Source of the DNA: the human T2T-CHM13v2.0 reference genome, Homo sapiens
Direction: 5' to 3' (one strand)
Assembly (NCBI RefSeq): GCF_009914755.1
Contig: NC_060936.1
Length of the DNA: 64,000 nt
Under the pieces are notes generated by a model. That model worked only from the letters and a program-made list of their open reading frames with translations. It did not search any database and was not told the DNA's origin. Made by a program: the position numbers and the translations under genes. This document shows positions 10,223 to 25,639 of this stretch, one piece after another (within the stretch, counting starts at the first letter, position 1; each line of letters starts with the position of its first letter).

Positions 10223-12810
10223 CTGCAGAAAAAAACAAACAAACAAAAAGAATACAATTAGGATCATATGAAACTCTATTTCCACACCCTCCTATCTATC
10301 CGGTGACAGTAGTTCATCATCGACTATACTATCACAACCTGGAAGACATAAATGAGGCATATTCATATACAGATCATTGTTGAAATGTTAAATTGCAATG
10401 TGTAAGTTTGATGAGAATAATTCTATTTCTCATCCACAACTCACTCACAGCTCTATGGACAAGAAGTTATTTCCATTAGGCCTGGAAAGATTATTTTTCC
10501 ATGTAACTCTAGCCCTGTGTTTCTGCTAGATTTTAGCACACAAAAGAAAAGTCACAACAGTTTAAAGATAAAATATCCTTATCATGCCTCTGGGCTTGTT
10601 TGTGAGAAGCTATGTTGGACCAGGAAAAAAGGGAATGACGGAATAGTCACCATTCATTTAAGATTCGACAGGAAGGGAGATGTTGGGATAGAGGGGGAAA
10701 AAGTAAAACATACGACAAGATGTGCAGTTAAGCAACAAGGCTATATAATAATCAACACTTTTTGAACCCAAATAAACTCTCTTAAAAACAAGCTCTTTTA
10801 GGTGGTAAAGTTTACTCACAGAGAAGGAACAATGAAAGACAGAACTTGAAGTCTTAAATTCCTTTAATGATTTTACCAGATTATTTAATTTGGACCAATG
10901 CCAACACAATAAAATGTAAAACACATTTTACTTTAGTGTAAGGAAAACTCTTGTCATTCAGGGTTTAAAAAAAAAAGTTATGCATTGTGGCTTCAAAAAC
11001 AAAAATCAAAGATCTATTATTAGATAGAGATGTTAAGAGCTGTGTCTGGTAACATACCAGACACAGCAGGCCTTGGGGGACTTAGTAGACAATTCTGACC
11101 TTGCTGTGCTCTGACAGACAAATGTCCTTGGAGCATCATTGCTTTCGTGCATGGTTGAGACATACGCCTAGAACCCCAAGACAGCACTTTTAATGGCTTC
11201 TCATTGAGTTTGCAGGGGAAATAGAGTCAAGGGCTCTGTTAAGGAATAGGAAGCACAATGAGTAGTTGAGTAACCATAGACTCTGTGCTCCCTAAAAGAC
11301 CTTGAAAATCATCTAGGTCTAAACCTCTCATTTTGAATGGAGAAATTGGAATCCTGGGCGCTAATTATTACATCATGAAAACCCGGAGCAATTCCTAACC
11401 AATCTGCCCTTACAACATACTTCAGCTCCTACAAAATAACTAATGCAATTAAAAACCAAAGCTCTTTAACCACCAAATAACCTATGCAATTATCTCATAC
11501 ACACACATAGACACACACACACCATAAAATACAAATGATTAAAAAACACAGCTTTCGTGTTTGAAAACTTTCCTTACTTCTCTAACCCTGAGATTTATAG
11601 CATCCTTTCACAAAATTCTAATTTCATTTGCAAACAAAGACAAATGCTCATTTTAGCAGTCCTTTGTTAAACAGTTTGTGAGTGATAATTTATGTCAAAT
11701 GATAATGAGACCCTCTGGGATTTTCAGTAATTTCATACCAACTGAATTTTTTGTTTGTTGTTTAGTTTGTTCACTGATTATCTTCTTTCGTTTTCTTCTC
11801 TTTTCACAAGCAGATTCATAATGATTGGCTTAATAGTCATTCTGGCCTTCATCTGTAACTAATGAACCTTGTAGCTATTATGAGTAGCATTCTTTCCTGA
11901 TATTTGTTAAACTATCAACGAAAAAACTTTAAGAATTCTTAGTAAGAGCTTAGTAAGAACTCAGTGTGATATTTTTTAAAACTTTTTTTGTTCGTGTATT
12001 ACTATTCACTTTTTCAAGGTATTTAGATATCAGATCATTCATAAATCTTATTAAATCAATCATATCTGCCCCTCAGATAGCAACTTTTAGTCTTCTCAGC
12101 CACTGAAAATTTTCTGTAACATTAACATTTAAAAGAAAGAGTACCCAGTTGTTTCAGAAGTCAAAAATATTTTGCCCAACTAATCTTCAGAATTAGACAA
12201 TCTTTCTCAGGAACTTTGAAGTTGGCCAAAGTATCATTTCCACCCCTAACTCTTATCTTTTCTTCAAACTTCATTTTAAAAATGAAACAAATGTTTAGAG
12301 TATATCATTCTCATCTGAGTGGAGAAATTCCCATGTAAATATCAGTCTAATATCATGAAATTATTCGTAACTTTGTTGAATGACTTTGAAAGTCAATTTA
12401 TTTTCTATCAAGAATGACCATCCTAGAGTCATGAATAATACTAAACTATTTCATCCCATTGTTAAAAGATTGACCATCATAATGGTACTTGGAGCCCTTT
12501 ACCAAGTTTAGCTTTTAGAGCTTTTCCCCTAATGTTTTTATACTATTTTAAACAATTAAAAGTATAAATTAATAAATAAATGCCTGCTCTCTACTTTCGT
12601 TAATAACATTGTAAAAGTAAAATGGGTTAGTATGGTGGTTCCAGGACCCTGTGGAACTGACTAGGCCTACCTTTCCCCTGCTTCTGGTCTCTCTTTGAGA
12701 ATTGTTCTGGTTTTCATTCAGCTTTCATGGAACAGCCATCATTTTATGGAATTTGGATGCAATTGGTCTGGACCAGCATCCTAAGAAATTAGGCAATTTT
12801 GATATTTGCT

Positions 12811-13182
12811 TATAATGGACTGAATTGTGTCTCCACAAAATTCATATGTTGAAGCCCTAACCTCCAATGTATCTGTTTTTGATGATAGGCTTTTAGAAGA
12901 TAATTAAGATTAAATGAGGTCATGAAGATGGGGTTATAATCTGATAGAACTGGTGACCTTATAGGAGATAAATCTTTCTTTCTCTACTCATACCCAGGGA
13001 AAGGACATGTGAGAACATGAGAAGATGGCCACAGAAAGAGGGTCCTCACCGGAAACTCAGTTGGCTGGCACCTTAATCTTAGCCTTCCTAGCCTCCAGAA
13101 CTATAAGAAAATTAATTTCTGTTGTTTAAGCCACCCAGTCTACAGTATCTTGTTATGAGAGCCCAAGCAGATGACTAAGAAC
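12811..13182 (+). mobile_element. MLT1A/B solo LTR (MaLR)
   Basis: gactgaattgtgtctcc...attcatatgttgaagccctaacc...gcctccagaact...ttgtttaagccacccagtct. Confidence 0.85.
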
Positions 13183-15136
13183 AGGCAGATGCTGAAGACC
13201 ATAAAATATCAGGAAAAAAAAGGGGGCGGGGGAAGATACCATCCAGAAGAAAGATAAATGGTAGAATGTTGATTTGTCCTTTTCTTTGATAATGTGTCTC
13301 CAATCATCCCTACTTCTTCCCTCCAAATTGTACCCTTTTATTTGGTGTTTATTGAAGTATGTTTGGAGAATGCTGAAAATGCTGTGTTAGGAGGAGGAGT
13401 GGATTTTGAACTACATCATTATTGGTCCCAAAATGGACACCTTTTAGGTAAGCTTAAGAAACTCTTCTTGTGCTGCTCCTGAGAGGATAAAAAAGAATAA
13501 GAAAATATGCAAGTGGATAACTACAAGATTTGTTTTTATGATAAACACAGAACACTAGAGGCGACTCCATGATTATAGGGAACAAGGATTCCGAAAGCCC
13601 TAACATACTAGGACTGTACTGCTGCTGCTACTGTTATTGTTCATTTTCAAGTTTCTTTTACTAAACATTTATTTAAAAGTCTTAGTTCAATTGTATTGTG
13701 GTAAGAGAATGCAGACTGTAGGATTGTTACTTGTGAGTTTTTTTGCATTTCCTTCATCAATTTCTAAAGATTCAGAGATACTAGAAAAGACAACAAAGTC
13801 TCAAGAGGGTACAAAGTTTATTAGAAATTTAGTAAATATACTTTATTCATTAAATCATTTAGATCCCCTGTATCCATGTTTTTTCTTTTCCTTCCTGAGT
13901 TATCAAAAACTGAGAGGCAGGTTAAGTTGTGTTAAGCTGAATTAATGGAGTTTGCATTTACTATTCTGTATCTCTAACAGTGTTCCCTCCATATAATCCA
14001 ATAAATGCTATTTAGTGTAATCAGTCTTGGGCTTTAGCGCAGAGTAAATGTTACTAAATTGCTATTTTCTATTACATCTCTTTCCAAATATCCTTCCAAT
14101 CTACATTTGAGATAATAAAAAATATAACTATTTAGACATGTGACTTCTTTATTTCCAGACCTAAAATGGTTAGCCATTTAACCATGATTTTCCCATGCTT
14201 CAATTATCCATTTTTACTTATACCTTAATCATTTTGGATATGTTTCAGTAAATTTTACAGTGTGAATACCTGAAGATCTCTTTCTCTCTTATTCATTTGT
14301 GAAAGGCTCTGAATACTCAGCAGACATTGTTTCATTGTCTTCTGACTTTCAGGGTTACAATAGGAGAAGAATATCACCAGCCTTATTTTCGTTCATGCAT
14401 TATTTGCTTGTTTTCTTTTTTGTCAGTTGTATCTAGACATTTGTAAGATGTTTATTTATCTTTTAACTAAGTTAGTAGTTTTCTTAACATTTATTTAGGC
14501 ATAGATGTCTTCTTTCACTGGGGTAGATCAGGCACTTGCCATCTGCATACAGGTATGTTTTCAGCTCCACAAAATTTCCATATATTAATTTGATTATTAT
14601 TTGTGTTCCATTTATTTTGTCCTCTTTTTCAGGAGTACAGCTTATTTTGGGTTTCCATTCTCTGTTGTCTGTATCTATTATCTTCTTTCACAATATTCTG
14701 ATTTCTTATTTGATTTTCCTGTGGGAAAGCTTATCAGTTTGGGATTCTATGTCACTGTCTTTATTTAATGTGATCTCTACAGTGAAGTTTAATTCTGCTA
14801 TTATGTTTGTAGTTTACTTGCAGTCCTTACATATTTTATCCATTTCCCTTTTTATCTCATCCCGTTGTTTTCCAATAAATTTTATTTTCTCTTATGGCCT
14901 CCATTCACTGTTTCATGAGAGGTTACTTTCTAGCATCACATTGTGGATACCAATTTCTACATACATTTTTTCAGGATTCTAGAATATTTATTTCAGGGAT
15001 GTGTGCTTGTCCTCTAAGTCTTCAGGGTGGCAATATCTTTCACTTGTTCAACAGTATTTTTTATTAGGTCTTATGCTAAATTTCCTTGAAAAAGATGAGA
15101 CCAATTCTGATTTAGAGTTCATTCAGAGTAGAATGT

Positions 15137-15414
<278 letters not shown>

Positions 15415-15562
15415 TTACAAGCATGGCCTGATGTAGTTCTGATCTACTAAGCCTCATGCGATATTGGATTTTCTGATGCTGTAAACCAGCAGAGTAAATT
15501 AAAATCTTCAACTTTTAGCAGACTCTGCAATCATGGTTTTTAAAAAATCTTCAGCCCCATAT

Positions 15563-16648
15563 TGTTGCAGGAAGTCAGGGACCCCAAACAGAGGGACCGG
15601 CTGGAGCCGCGGCAGCGGAACATAAATTGTGAAGATTTCATGGACATTTATCACTTCCTAAATAATACTCTTATAATTTCTTACACCTGTCTTACTTTAA
15701 TCTCTTAATCCTGTTATCTTCGTAAGCTGAGGATGTACGTCACCTCAGGACCCTGTGATAATTGTGTTAACTGTATAAATTGATTGTAAAACATGTGCGT
15801 TTGAACAATATGAAATCAGTGCACCTTGCAAAAGAACAAAATAACAGTGATTTTAGGGAACAAGGGAAGACAACCATAAGGTCTGACTGCCTGTGGGGTC
15901 GAGCAAAAAGAGCCATATTTTTCTTCTTGCAGAGAGCCTATAAACGGACATGCAAGTAGGGAAGATATTGCTAAATTCTTTTCCTAGAAAGGAATATTGA
16001 TATTAATACTATGGGGAAAGAATTGCATTCCTGCAGGGAGGTCTATAAACAGCTTCTCCGGGAGTGTCTGTCTTATGTGGTTGAGATAAGGACTGAAATA
16101 CGCCCTGGTCTCCTGCAGTACCCTCAGGCTTACTAGGATTGGGAAACTCCACCCTGGTAAATTTGGGGTCAGACCGGTTCTCTGCTTTCAAACCCTGTTT
16201 TCTGTTGTTTAAGATGTTTATCAAGACAACACATGCACCGCTGAACACAGACCCTTATCAGTAATTCTGCTTTTGCCCTTTGCCTTATGATCTTTGCTTT
16301 TGCCCTTTGCCTTGTGATCTTTTTTGGACCCTTATCAGGAGTTTCTGATTTCGTCCTTGTCCTGTTTCCTCAGAAGCATGTGATCTTTGTTCTCCTTTTT
16401 GCCCTTTGAAGTATGTGATCTTGTGACCTACTCCCTGTTCTTGTACCCCTTCCCCTTTTGAAATCCTTAATAAAACTTGCTGGCTTTATGGCTCAGGTGG
16501 GCATCACGGTCCTACTGATGTAATGTCACCCCTGGCAGCCCAGCTGTAAAATTCTTCTCTTTGTACTGTTTCTCTTTATTTCTCAGCCAGCTGACACTTA
16601 TGGAAAATAGAACCTACGTTGAAATACTGGGGGCACGTTCCCCCAATA
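15563..16648 (+). mobile_element. MER11 solo LTR (HERV-K11/HML-8)
   Basis: Starts tgttgcaggaagtcagggacccc and ends gttcccccaata; ~1.09 kb; 6-bp TSD ccatat/ctatat. Confidence 0.88.
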
Positions 16649-16679
16649 CTATATTAATGGTGTTTATTGTATTGAGTGT

Positions 16680-17019
16680 TGACATGGTTTAGCTGTGTCC
16701 TCACCCAAATTTCATCTTGAATTGTATCTCCCATGGGACCCAGTGGGAGATAACTGAATCATGCGGGTGGTTCCCCCATACTGTTCTTGTGGTAGTGAAT
16801 AATTCTCATGAGATCTGATGGTTTTATAAGGAGAAACCCCTTTCACTTGGCTCCCACTCTCTCTTGCCTGCCACCATGTAAGATGGGACTTTCATCTTCC
16901 ACCATGATTGTGAGGCCTCCCCAGCCACATAGAACTGTGAGTCTATTAAACCTCTTTTTATTTATAAATTACCAGTCTCAGGTATGTCTTTATCAGCAGT
17001 GTGAAAACAGACTGATACA
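16680..17019 (+). mobile_element. THE1/MST solo LTR
   Basis: tgacatggtttagctgtgtcc...gtgaaaacagactgataca; 5-bp TSD agtgt. Confidence 0.88.
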
Positions 17020-17071
17020 AGTGTTAAGTGTACACTCAATGTGTCTCCATGATTGCATTCACGTGCATCTT

Positions 17072-17368
17072 ATTTTTTTTTTTTTTTGAGATGGAGTCTC
17101 ACTCTATCACCCAGGCTGGAGTGCAGTGGCGCGATCTTGGCTCACTACAAGCTCCGCCTCCCGGGTTCATGCCATTCTCCTGCCTCAGCCTCCTGAGTAG
17201 CTAGGACTACAGGTGTCAGCCACCACGCCCAGCTAATTTTTTGTATTTTTAGTAGAGATGGGGTTTCACCGTGTTAGCCGGGATGGTCTCGATCTCCTGA
17301 CCTTGTGATCCACCCACCTTGGCCTCCCAAAGTGCTGGGATTACAGGCATGAGCCACCGCGCCTGGTC
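17072..17368 (-). mobile_element. AluY
   Basis: Y-diagnostic caagctccgcctcc and ccgtgttagccgggatggtctcgatctcc; TSD tca(c/t)gtgcatctt. Confidence 0.92.
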
Positions 17369-18494
17369 TCATGTGCATCTTCTAACAAGCACTCAATATA
17401 ACTGCTGCAAATTCTAATTTTTAAATAACTCTAAATTTAGGGAAAATAAATCAACCACATTGTTTTCCTTACACAAATAGGGCCTCAGTAACCACTAACA
17501 GCCTACATTCAAAACATGTAGAGAGAGATGAATGTTTGGCATTTAATCTGTATCCTGATGTTTCTGAATCAAAAAATGACACAAATTCAGTAATATTCTT
17601 ACCATATTGTTTCAAAAGTATAACGTTCATATAAGTAACAGTTGTAGACCTGTGCATCCATTTGAAAAGCCTGGGAAAAATACAAATGACAGCCCACAAG
17701 CCACAGGGCATTATATCAGGAAGTTATAACTCAAGGTAATATGCACAGACAACATGTATCCTATATTCCTACCTTGACAAATGAGCCCACTTAATCACCT
17801 GGAGGAAAAGGTTTGATTTAGAATTCTCAGGGCATTTGAGCAGGGAAATTTGGGTCCTATATTCAAAGTGGAAGCCAGCCTTGGGGCTGACATATCCCTC
17901 TACTCCTGCATATGCCTCACCCTGTGAGATGAGAAGAGGATCAGAGTAGGGCTAAAATTATATTTACCATTTGAAAGCCCATTATGTATAAAATACTGTC
18001 ACAGTATATTCTAATAGTTGTAAATGAAAAAGCAATTACGATGTTTGGAATCAGGAAAAACATGTTAATTGTGCTATTATTGATGGTCAGTCCTTGGTTA
18101 CAGGTTTTCATAAAATAGCTTAGTTAATGTTTCAAATTAATCCTGCCAGGTAAAGTGATCATTTTTATTTTACAAATCCAAAGACTGGAGCATGCAAAAG
18201 CCAAGGGACATGTTCCAGAACAAGAAGGGGTAGATTCAGGATTGAAATCTCAGTCAGTCTGTTTACAAAATCCACTTTTTCCCCATTCCCTTAATTCATG
18301 ATAGAAGAATTTCTGCCTTATCATATTCTTGCTATCTTATTTCCTCTTCGTTTTAAAACTCAACATTTAAATTTATTCATCACTATGCCAAATAGTTACA
18401 TATTTCTGCTTCATAAAAACACCTATAAAATACTGGTTGAAATGTCTTTTTCTTAAACATTTATCTAGTTAATTCCTACTTCTTTATATATATT

Positions 18495-18640
18495 AACTTA
18501 TTTAATCATCACCACAAACCCATGAGGTAGATACTACTACTATCCCCATTTTTACAGATGAGGACAAATAAAGCACAGAGAGGTTAACCAATTTCCCCAA
18601 AGAAGCACAGCTACTGATGAAGGAGCTGATGTTTATCCTG
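18495..18640 (-). mobile_element. MIR
   Basis: tatccccatttttacagatgagga...gcacagagaggttaa. Confidence 0.75.
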
Positions 18641-20032
18641 CTCTATCAACCAGTGGACTCTAATGCCTTTTGGTGCTGTTTTAGCTCCATGCTAATTACA
18701 TAGGGTCAGGCAACCACTGTATTTACAAAATTCATACACTTCAGCCATTGTTAGGTCTTCATTTTGAAAGATTCCATCAACGGACACAATAAGATATAAT
18801 TGTGTCCTATTCCTTTTAGTGTACCACCATCTCAGGGTTATGTCTGCTTTGCCTCCAATCTTTTAATTGCTCTCAGCACATCCAATCTCAATAAAATACA
18901 ATGATGAATATCGAAATGCTGGATCCTGGACTCTCTCCAAGTTCAGACTTCTTTCTGCGCTCTTCAAACCTCGTCATGCACTGGCTTCCTTCAGTTACTA
19001 ATACATTCAGCTTTACAATTTGGCTCCTCCCTATGACTCATTTGGGATTGATAGTGTACCTCATTCTTCTTTCCCTCATTAAGAACTGGCCTCTCTATAG
19101 CTCTCTGTCTCTGGTCATTATTCTACTGCATCCACGAGCCAAAGGCCCCATGTTTCATACTTACTCAGACCCCTAAAGCACCATAAGCATCTACGATATT
19201 CCTAGGCTTGAACTATCTGAGAGGAGCATTAAAAAATTGGGGCATTTCATCTATTTTTGAAACAAGACTAGGGAAATAGGTTTCGTACCTATAATTTATC
19301 TATTATCTGCAGCACCTCCAGTTCTCTAACTTGCATCAAACTCTAGCATGAGTGATCAGGAATAACTTTCACTTTTACATGTTTTTCTTCAATTAGTGAT
19401 TCTAACAAATGGAAATCACCATATACTTATGGGGCATATCTCAAGTTGTCCCCCAAAAGAACCTGGTCTGTTTAGATTAAATGACCACATGCATATCTAA
19501 GAGATATTTTAACATCGGCTCTACTTTGCAAAGGCTCAGTTTTGCAAGTTATACCAGAAAGAATGCATTTGAAAACATAAGGCCCTGGGCATCTATAAGA
19601 AAACCACATCAGTGGGGTCATTAAAATTTTTACTTAAGTAAACATTAGGAATGTGACAAATTGCTAATTTCCTATGAAGGATTGTAAAATTCCAACTGAG
19701 AGCTCAGAGCTGAGCATAGACGGGAGAGTAGATATAGGAACCTTCCCTAACCTCAGAGATTCCTCCTGCTGCCTATATTTGAATTTAAAATATTGATGTC
19801 ACCTCTTGGCTAAGAAGTTATCACTGGTTTTTATAATTGTTGCTCTCACTGAAAGACTCCATTTCAAAATCTCTTATGTAGAGATTGTAAATCCGACCAC
19901 ATATGCTGGTGGTAGGAATCACCAAGGCACGTTAGTTAGAAAGATCTAACTGAAATCTACAGCATCAGAAAGACTTGTCTCTGTTATCAAAGAAACAAAC
20001 AGATAATGTAACCATAAAATAATCAGAGCTCT

Positions 20033-20413
<381 letters not shown>

Positions 20414-20759
20414 CTACAATCTACCCTGAACCCTATCAAGGTAGGTAGGTAAATAATCCTGAATCTATAACCTACCCCTTCCTAGACTATTATTTTGATA
20501 ATTTAGATCTATTCCAAATTTCTGATTAGCTGTTTAATGAAACACTGACCTCTGATGTCTTCATAATAGCTATTAGCACTTTCCAGGATGTTTTAATACA
20601 ACAAAGATATATTTTAACTGTTTCATTATTTGAAGATTGCTACTGGTTTCAGTGCTTTGGAACATCTTTAATAAAATAGGAGCCTTGCATTTATTAGCAT
20701 ATTAATATTTTGGTTTGTTTAAATGTGCCATATATATTCTGTATTACATAAGGAAAACA

Positions 20760-22250
<1,491 letters not shown>

Positions 22251-23581
22251 TCCAAAAAAAAAAAAAAAAAAAACTAGAAACAAAACAAAACCAAAGAATA
22301 CAGGTCTTTCTTTTTTTGTATAACCTGCTCCCAATGTTTAATCAATTTAAGTATCTCAAGGGAAGAAATGTATCAGAACTAACTAAAAAACTGGCATATA
22401 TGTAGCATGAGCTACATTAAATATTTGCAAAAGCAGCCCATTTTTTTTGCCTTCTTTATTTTACTTTTTTAAATATTTACTTACTTATTTAAAAGTCACC
22501 AATATATCCATTTGTACTCATTAGCACTACTGATCATTGAATGGAAAATCAGTCTATACAATAAAGCTGTATTCATGTAGTTAAGTTTAATTAAGTTCAT
22601 CATTATTTTAATAGAACAGAAATATAGCAACACATAGGTATGAGATGTCTGTTTACTAAAGATCAGGTACAAAAACAAAACCAGAGTTCTTTCATCCTTG
22701 GAGTGGATAAGGTAGCTTTTAATCCAGTATACAAAATACTTTTTTCATTTAAATACTTTGTGCTATTTCCACTGATTGACATTTAAACAATCTTTAATTG
22801 TACCATATATGCTAAAAATGATAAGGTCAATGTCCCAACATCCCAGCCTGCTCTTTTCATACCTTGTTTTTCCATTATCCATTGATAGATATCAGTTATC
22901 AATTTGTTGGTTATGTCTATGTCAATGGACTTTCAAGAGAAACATAACAAATTGCTAAAATACAAATCCTGTCAATTAAAAGGTAGGGTGATGACACATC
23001 AAAATACTGACTTTAAAATGCCAATACATATATATATCCACGGTCTTAGTTTGATTTTCTTATGATTTAGGAATTTTATCATTTCCCCCTCAAGTTTTTC
23101 ATGACCCATTTTTTTTGTCTTTGAGGCTCTGAAAATGATCTTTATTGTCCCACACCCTGCGATTCACCTGTTCAAACCCAGAAGTGAAGGGCGGGAATCA
23201 GGACCCGGGCTCCGGATGGAATCAGACCATGTTTTTACCACAGAGTCCTTAAATTAGGGAGGCCTGCTTGATATACAACTAAGGAAAATTGTCCTTTAAT
23301 TAAGGGGCATTTGTGTTCCTCTGTGATTTTTTTTTGCAGCAATATGAAAACATTTATGAAATGTTTATCCTCACATTCTGAAGTGCACTTTTTTGAGTCC
23401 TTGGCTCATTTTCAATTACTGAAATAACCAAAGAAAGAACAAACAAATCCAAACAAGTACATGGAAAATACATTTTCCCCCTTCTCTTATTTCTCTAGTG
23501 TACAGTCTGTTCTTGTTTATGATATTTATATCAAGATCCCCTTTCTTGCATAAAATTGATAATTAAAAGGAAAACACTTAC

Positions 23582-23641
23582 CCAGAACAAGAAGTTGAAG
23601 GTAAACATAGAATATTTTATACAGGCACTCACACCTGCCAT
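23582..23641 (-). CDS. TSPAN8: TSPAN8 coding part of exon 2 (aa 1-20, [20 protein letters not shown]); whole exon 23582-23750
   Basis: Reverse complement reads ccgaaATGGCAGGTGTGAGTGCC...TTCTGG|gtaagt, with strong Kozak context (G-3, G+4). Acceptor is a polypyrimidine tract plus tgaag| at 23751. Sequence matches the tetraspanin-8 N-terminus. Confidence 0.97.
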
Positions 23642-23819
23642 TTCGGAAAAGGATTAGGAATCCAGATGCCGTGAATTTAACTATTCGTTACAGGCTTGTC
23701 CTGCAATATGCTCTGGAGCAACTTGCCTGCAGAGATTTCTGTATCCACGGCTTCAGAGCAGAAAGAGAAAGCAAAGAAGTAGAGGGAGGAATAAAAAGTT
23801 ATTAAACTGGATAAAAAAA

Positions 23820-23915
23820 TTAACCCACACATTTAAATATCGCAAAGGCTATTAACCCACACATTTAAATATCTCAAAGGCTATTAACTCACACATTTAA
23901 ATATCGCAAAGGCTA
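23820..23915. repeat. 3 x 32-bp tandem repeat spanning the exon 1 donor
   Basis: ttaacccacacatttaaatatcgcaaaggcta at 23820, 23852 (g>t) and 23884 (c>t). Confidence 0.95.
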
Positions 23916-23962
23916 TCTCCAGGCAAGTATGTTCCTTTGCTTGTCATAGCTCCTGGGGCACT
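23893..23962 (-). other. TSPAN8: TSPAN8 non-coding exon 1 (5' end approximate)
   Basis: Donor ...aaatgt|gtgagt at 23892 and a 142-nt intron to the exon 2 acceptor. The junction aaatgt|ccgtgg fits my recollection of the mRNA 5'UTR. The TSS cannot be fixed from sequence. Confidence 0.75.
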
Positions 23963-24520
23963 GGGCCAGGATATTTATGATCCTTTCTCAAAAACTGCCT
24001 CCTCTAAAGTAAACAGATATCAAGTGAAGGGAATGGCACTGGATCAGGCAAGAGAATGGCACAGTGCTACTAAGTTCTTGGCTTTCAGAAACCACTGCCT
24101 GACTTCCCCGCCCTCCATTTCAACTATGGGGAAATAAGGTTGTTTTGTTCTGAGTTAAATGGACATTGTATCTCTACTCATTTTTGCATTGCATTTTCTC
24201 AATACTACAAAATTCCTTCTAAATGCAATAAAATGCATTTAGAAATCTGCAAAATATCAAAGCTTAGACATAGCAACCTGTTATCATTAAACCTAGAATA
24301 GTAAAATAACCATTACATGTATCTGCCCTCCAAAACATCTAAATTTATTTCAAAAGAATTCCAGAGCTGCCGTAAATACACCACAGAAATTGCAGAGGGA
24401 GAGGCAGCCTTGCCTATCATGATAAGACCATTTGCTTTTTATCTTTATTTCTTTATGATACAAAGGGAAAGAAATCATAAAGTGGCACTGACTGCAACAT
24501 TGTTTTCATTTTATAATGCG
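23963..24520 (-). promoter_or_regulatory. TSPAN8 proximal promoter (no CpG island)
   Basis: TATA/CDX-like CATAAATA (23972-23979, minus), FOXA-type TGTTTACT (24008-24015), GATA TGATAAG (~24420) and SOX-type CATTGTT (24498-24504) just upstream of exon 1. Motif calls only. Confidence 0.55.
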
Positions 24521-25639
24521 TAGTCATTCTGATAGCTTGGTTTGTTTTTAAGGTGGACACTGTAATTTCCTTCCTCTGATAAATTGTATCTAGCAACAGC
24601 TGTTCTCCACCAACTCAGTTTCTGGATTCCAGGTCCTCCCGGACAAAAAAATTCAAAATGGGAAGGTGGTCATGGATCAGTGACCATAGATTTTACTATT
24701 TGTTTCTAGTGCTAATAGAAGGCAGCTGTCTCAGGTAAAGGCAAAATGCTCCGACATCATCAGGGAGGTGTGGACTGCTTTGTGTAAACAGCCTGGGTCA
24801 TGTTAGTTTCCACATCCTGCCTCTCAAAGGGAGTTCTTCTCCCCCTAAATAAAAGAACCCTCTACTTTAAAAGGTTGTTGAGAAAATTATTCTTTAGAAT
24901 CTTTGCTAAGTTTTACACGATAAGCAAGCATGAACTCCTTACAAAAGAAAAATATTATTTCTAATTTTCACTGGCATACAATGTTTTTGAAACAATTCTA
25001 CTCCCTGACTACAAATACAATATATTTTAATGCATTATCAACAATAATATATAGCGTTAAAGGCCAAATTTAGGATTAATTCCAAAAATAATGGCTTAAT
25101 ATATAAATCATCACTAAAATTGTTTGTGTTCTCTTTCCTACTAGAAAATGGATAGTTTCACAACCTTCTATTGAGATATTTTGTATATAGAATAATCCAA
25201 GGCTGAAAGAATAATTTCAGATTGAATGAAAACCAAAATTGATTCATAGTCCCAGAAATGATTATTTATCAGAGGCTAAAATTAAAAAAAAATTACAGAT
25301 TTAAATGCTGCTTTGTTGAAAAGAATGTATTGAATACTACCAAATTTTAGTTTGAAATAGATATTTTGGTGGATGCTGAACATCCTTAAAAAGAATACTG
25401 TGTAGTCTTTAGTTGAATCACTCTTGAACTCTGTAACACAAAAATCAATGGATGTGTTTGTACAGGAGAATGACTGTGTAATAGAACCCCTAGTCTAATT
25501 CAAAACCTATATGAAACAGTTCACTCCTGGAAATTCCTATTCCTATTAATGTTATAATCACACAACACTCTCCCAGGCTGAATTTGTACAGATATTTTGT
25601 ATTTCTCTTTCTTTCCATCCAATCACTCTTACTGGTCTG

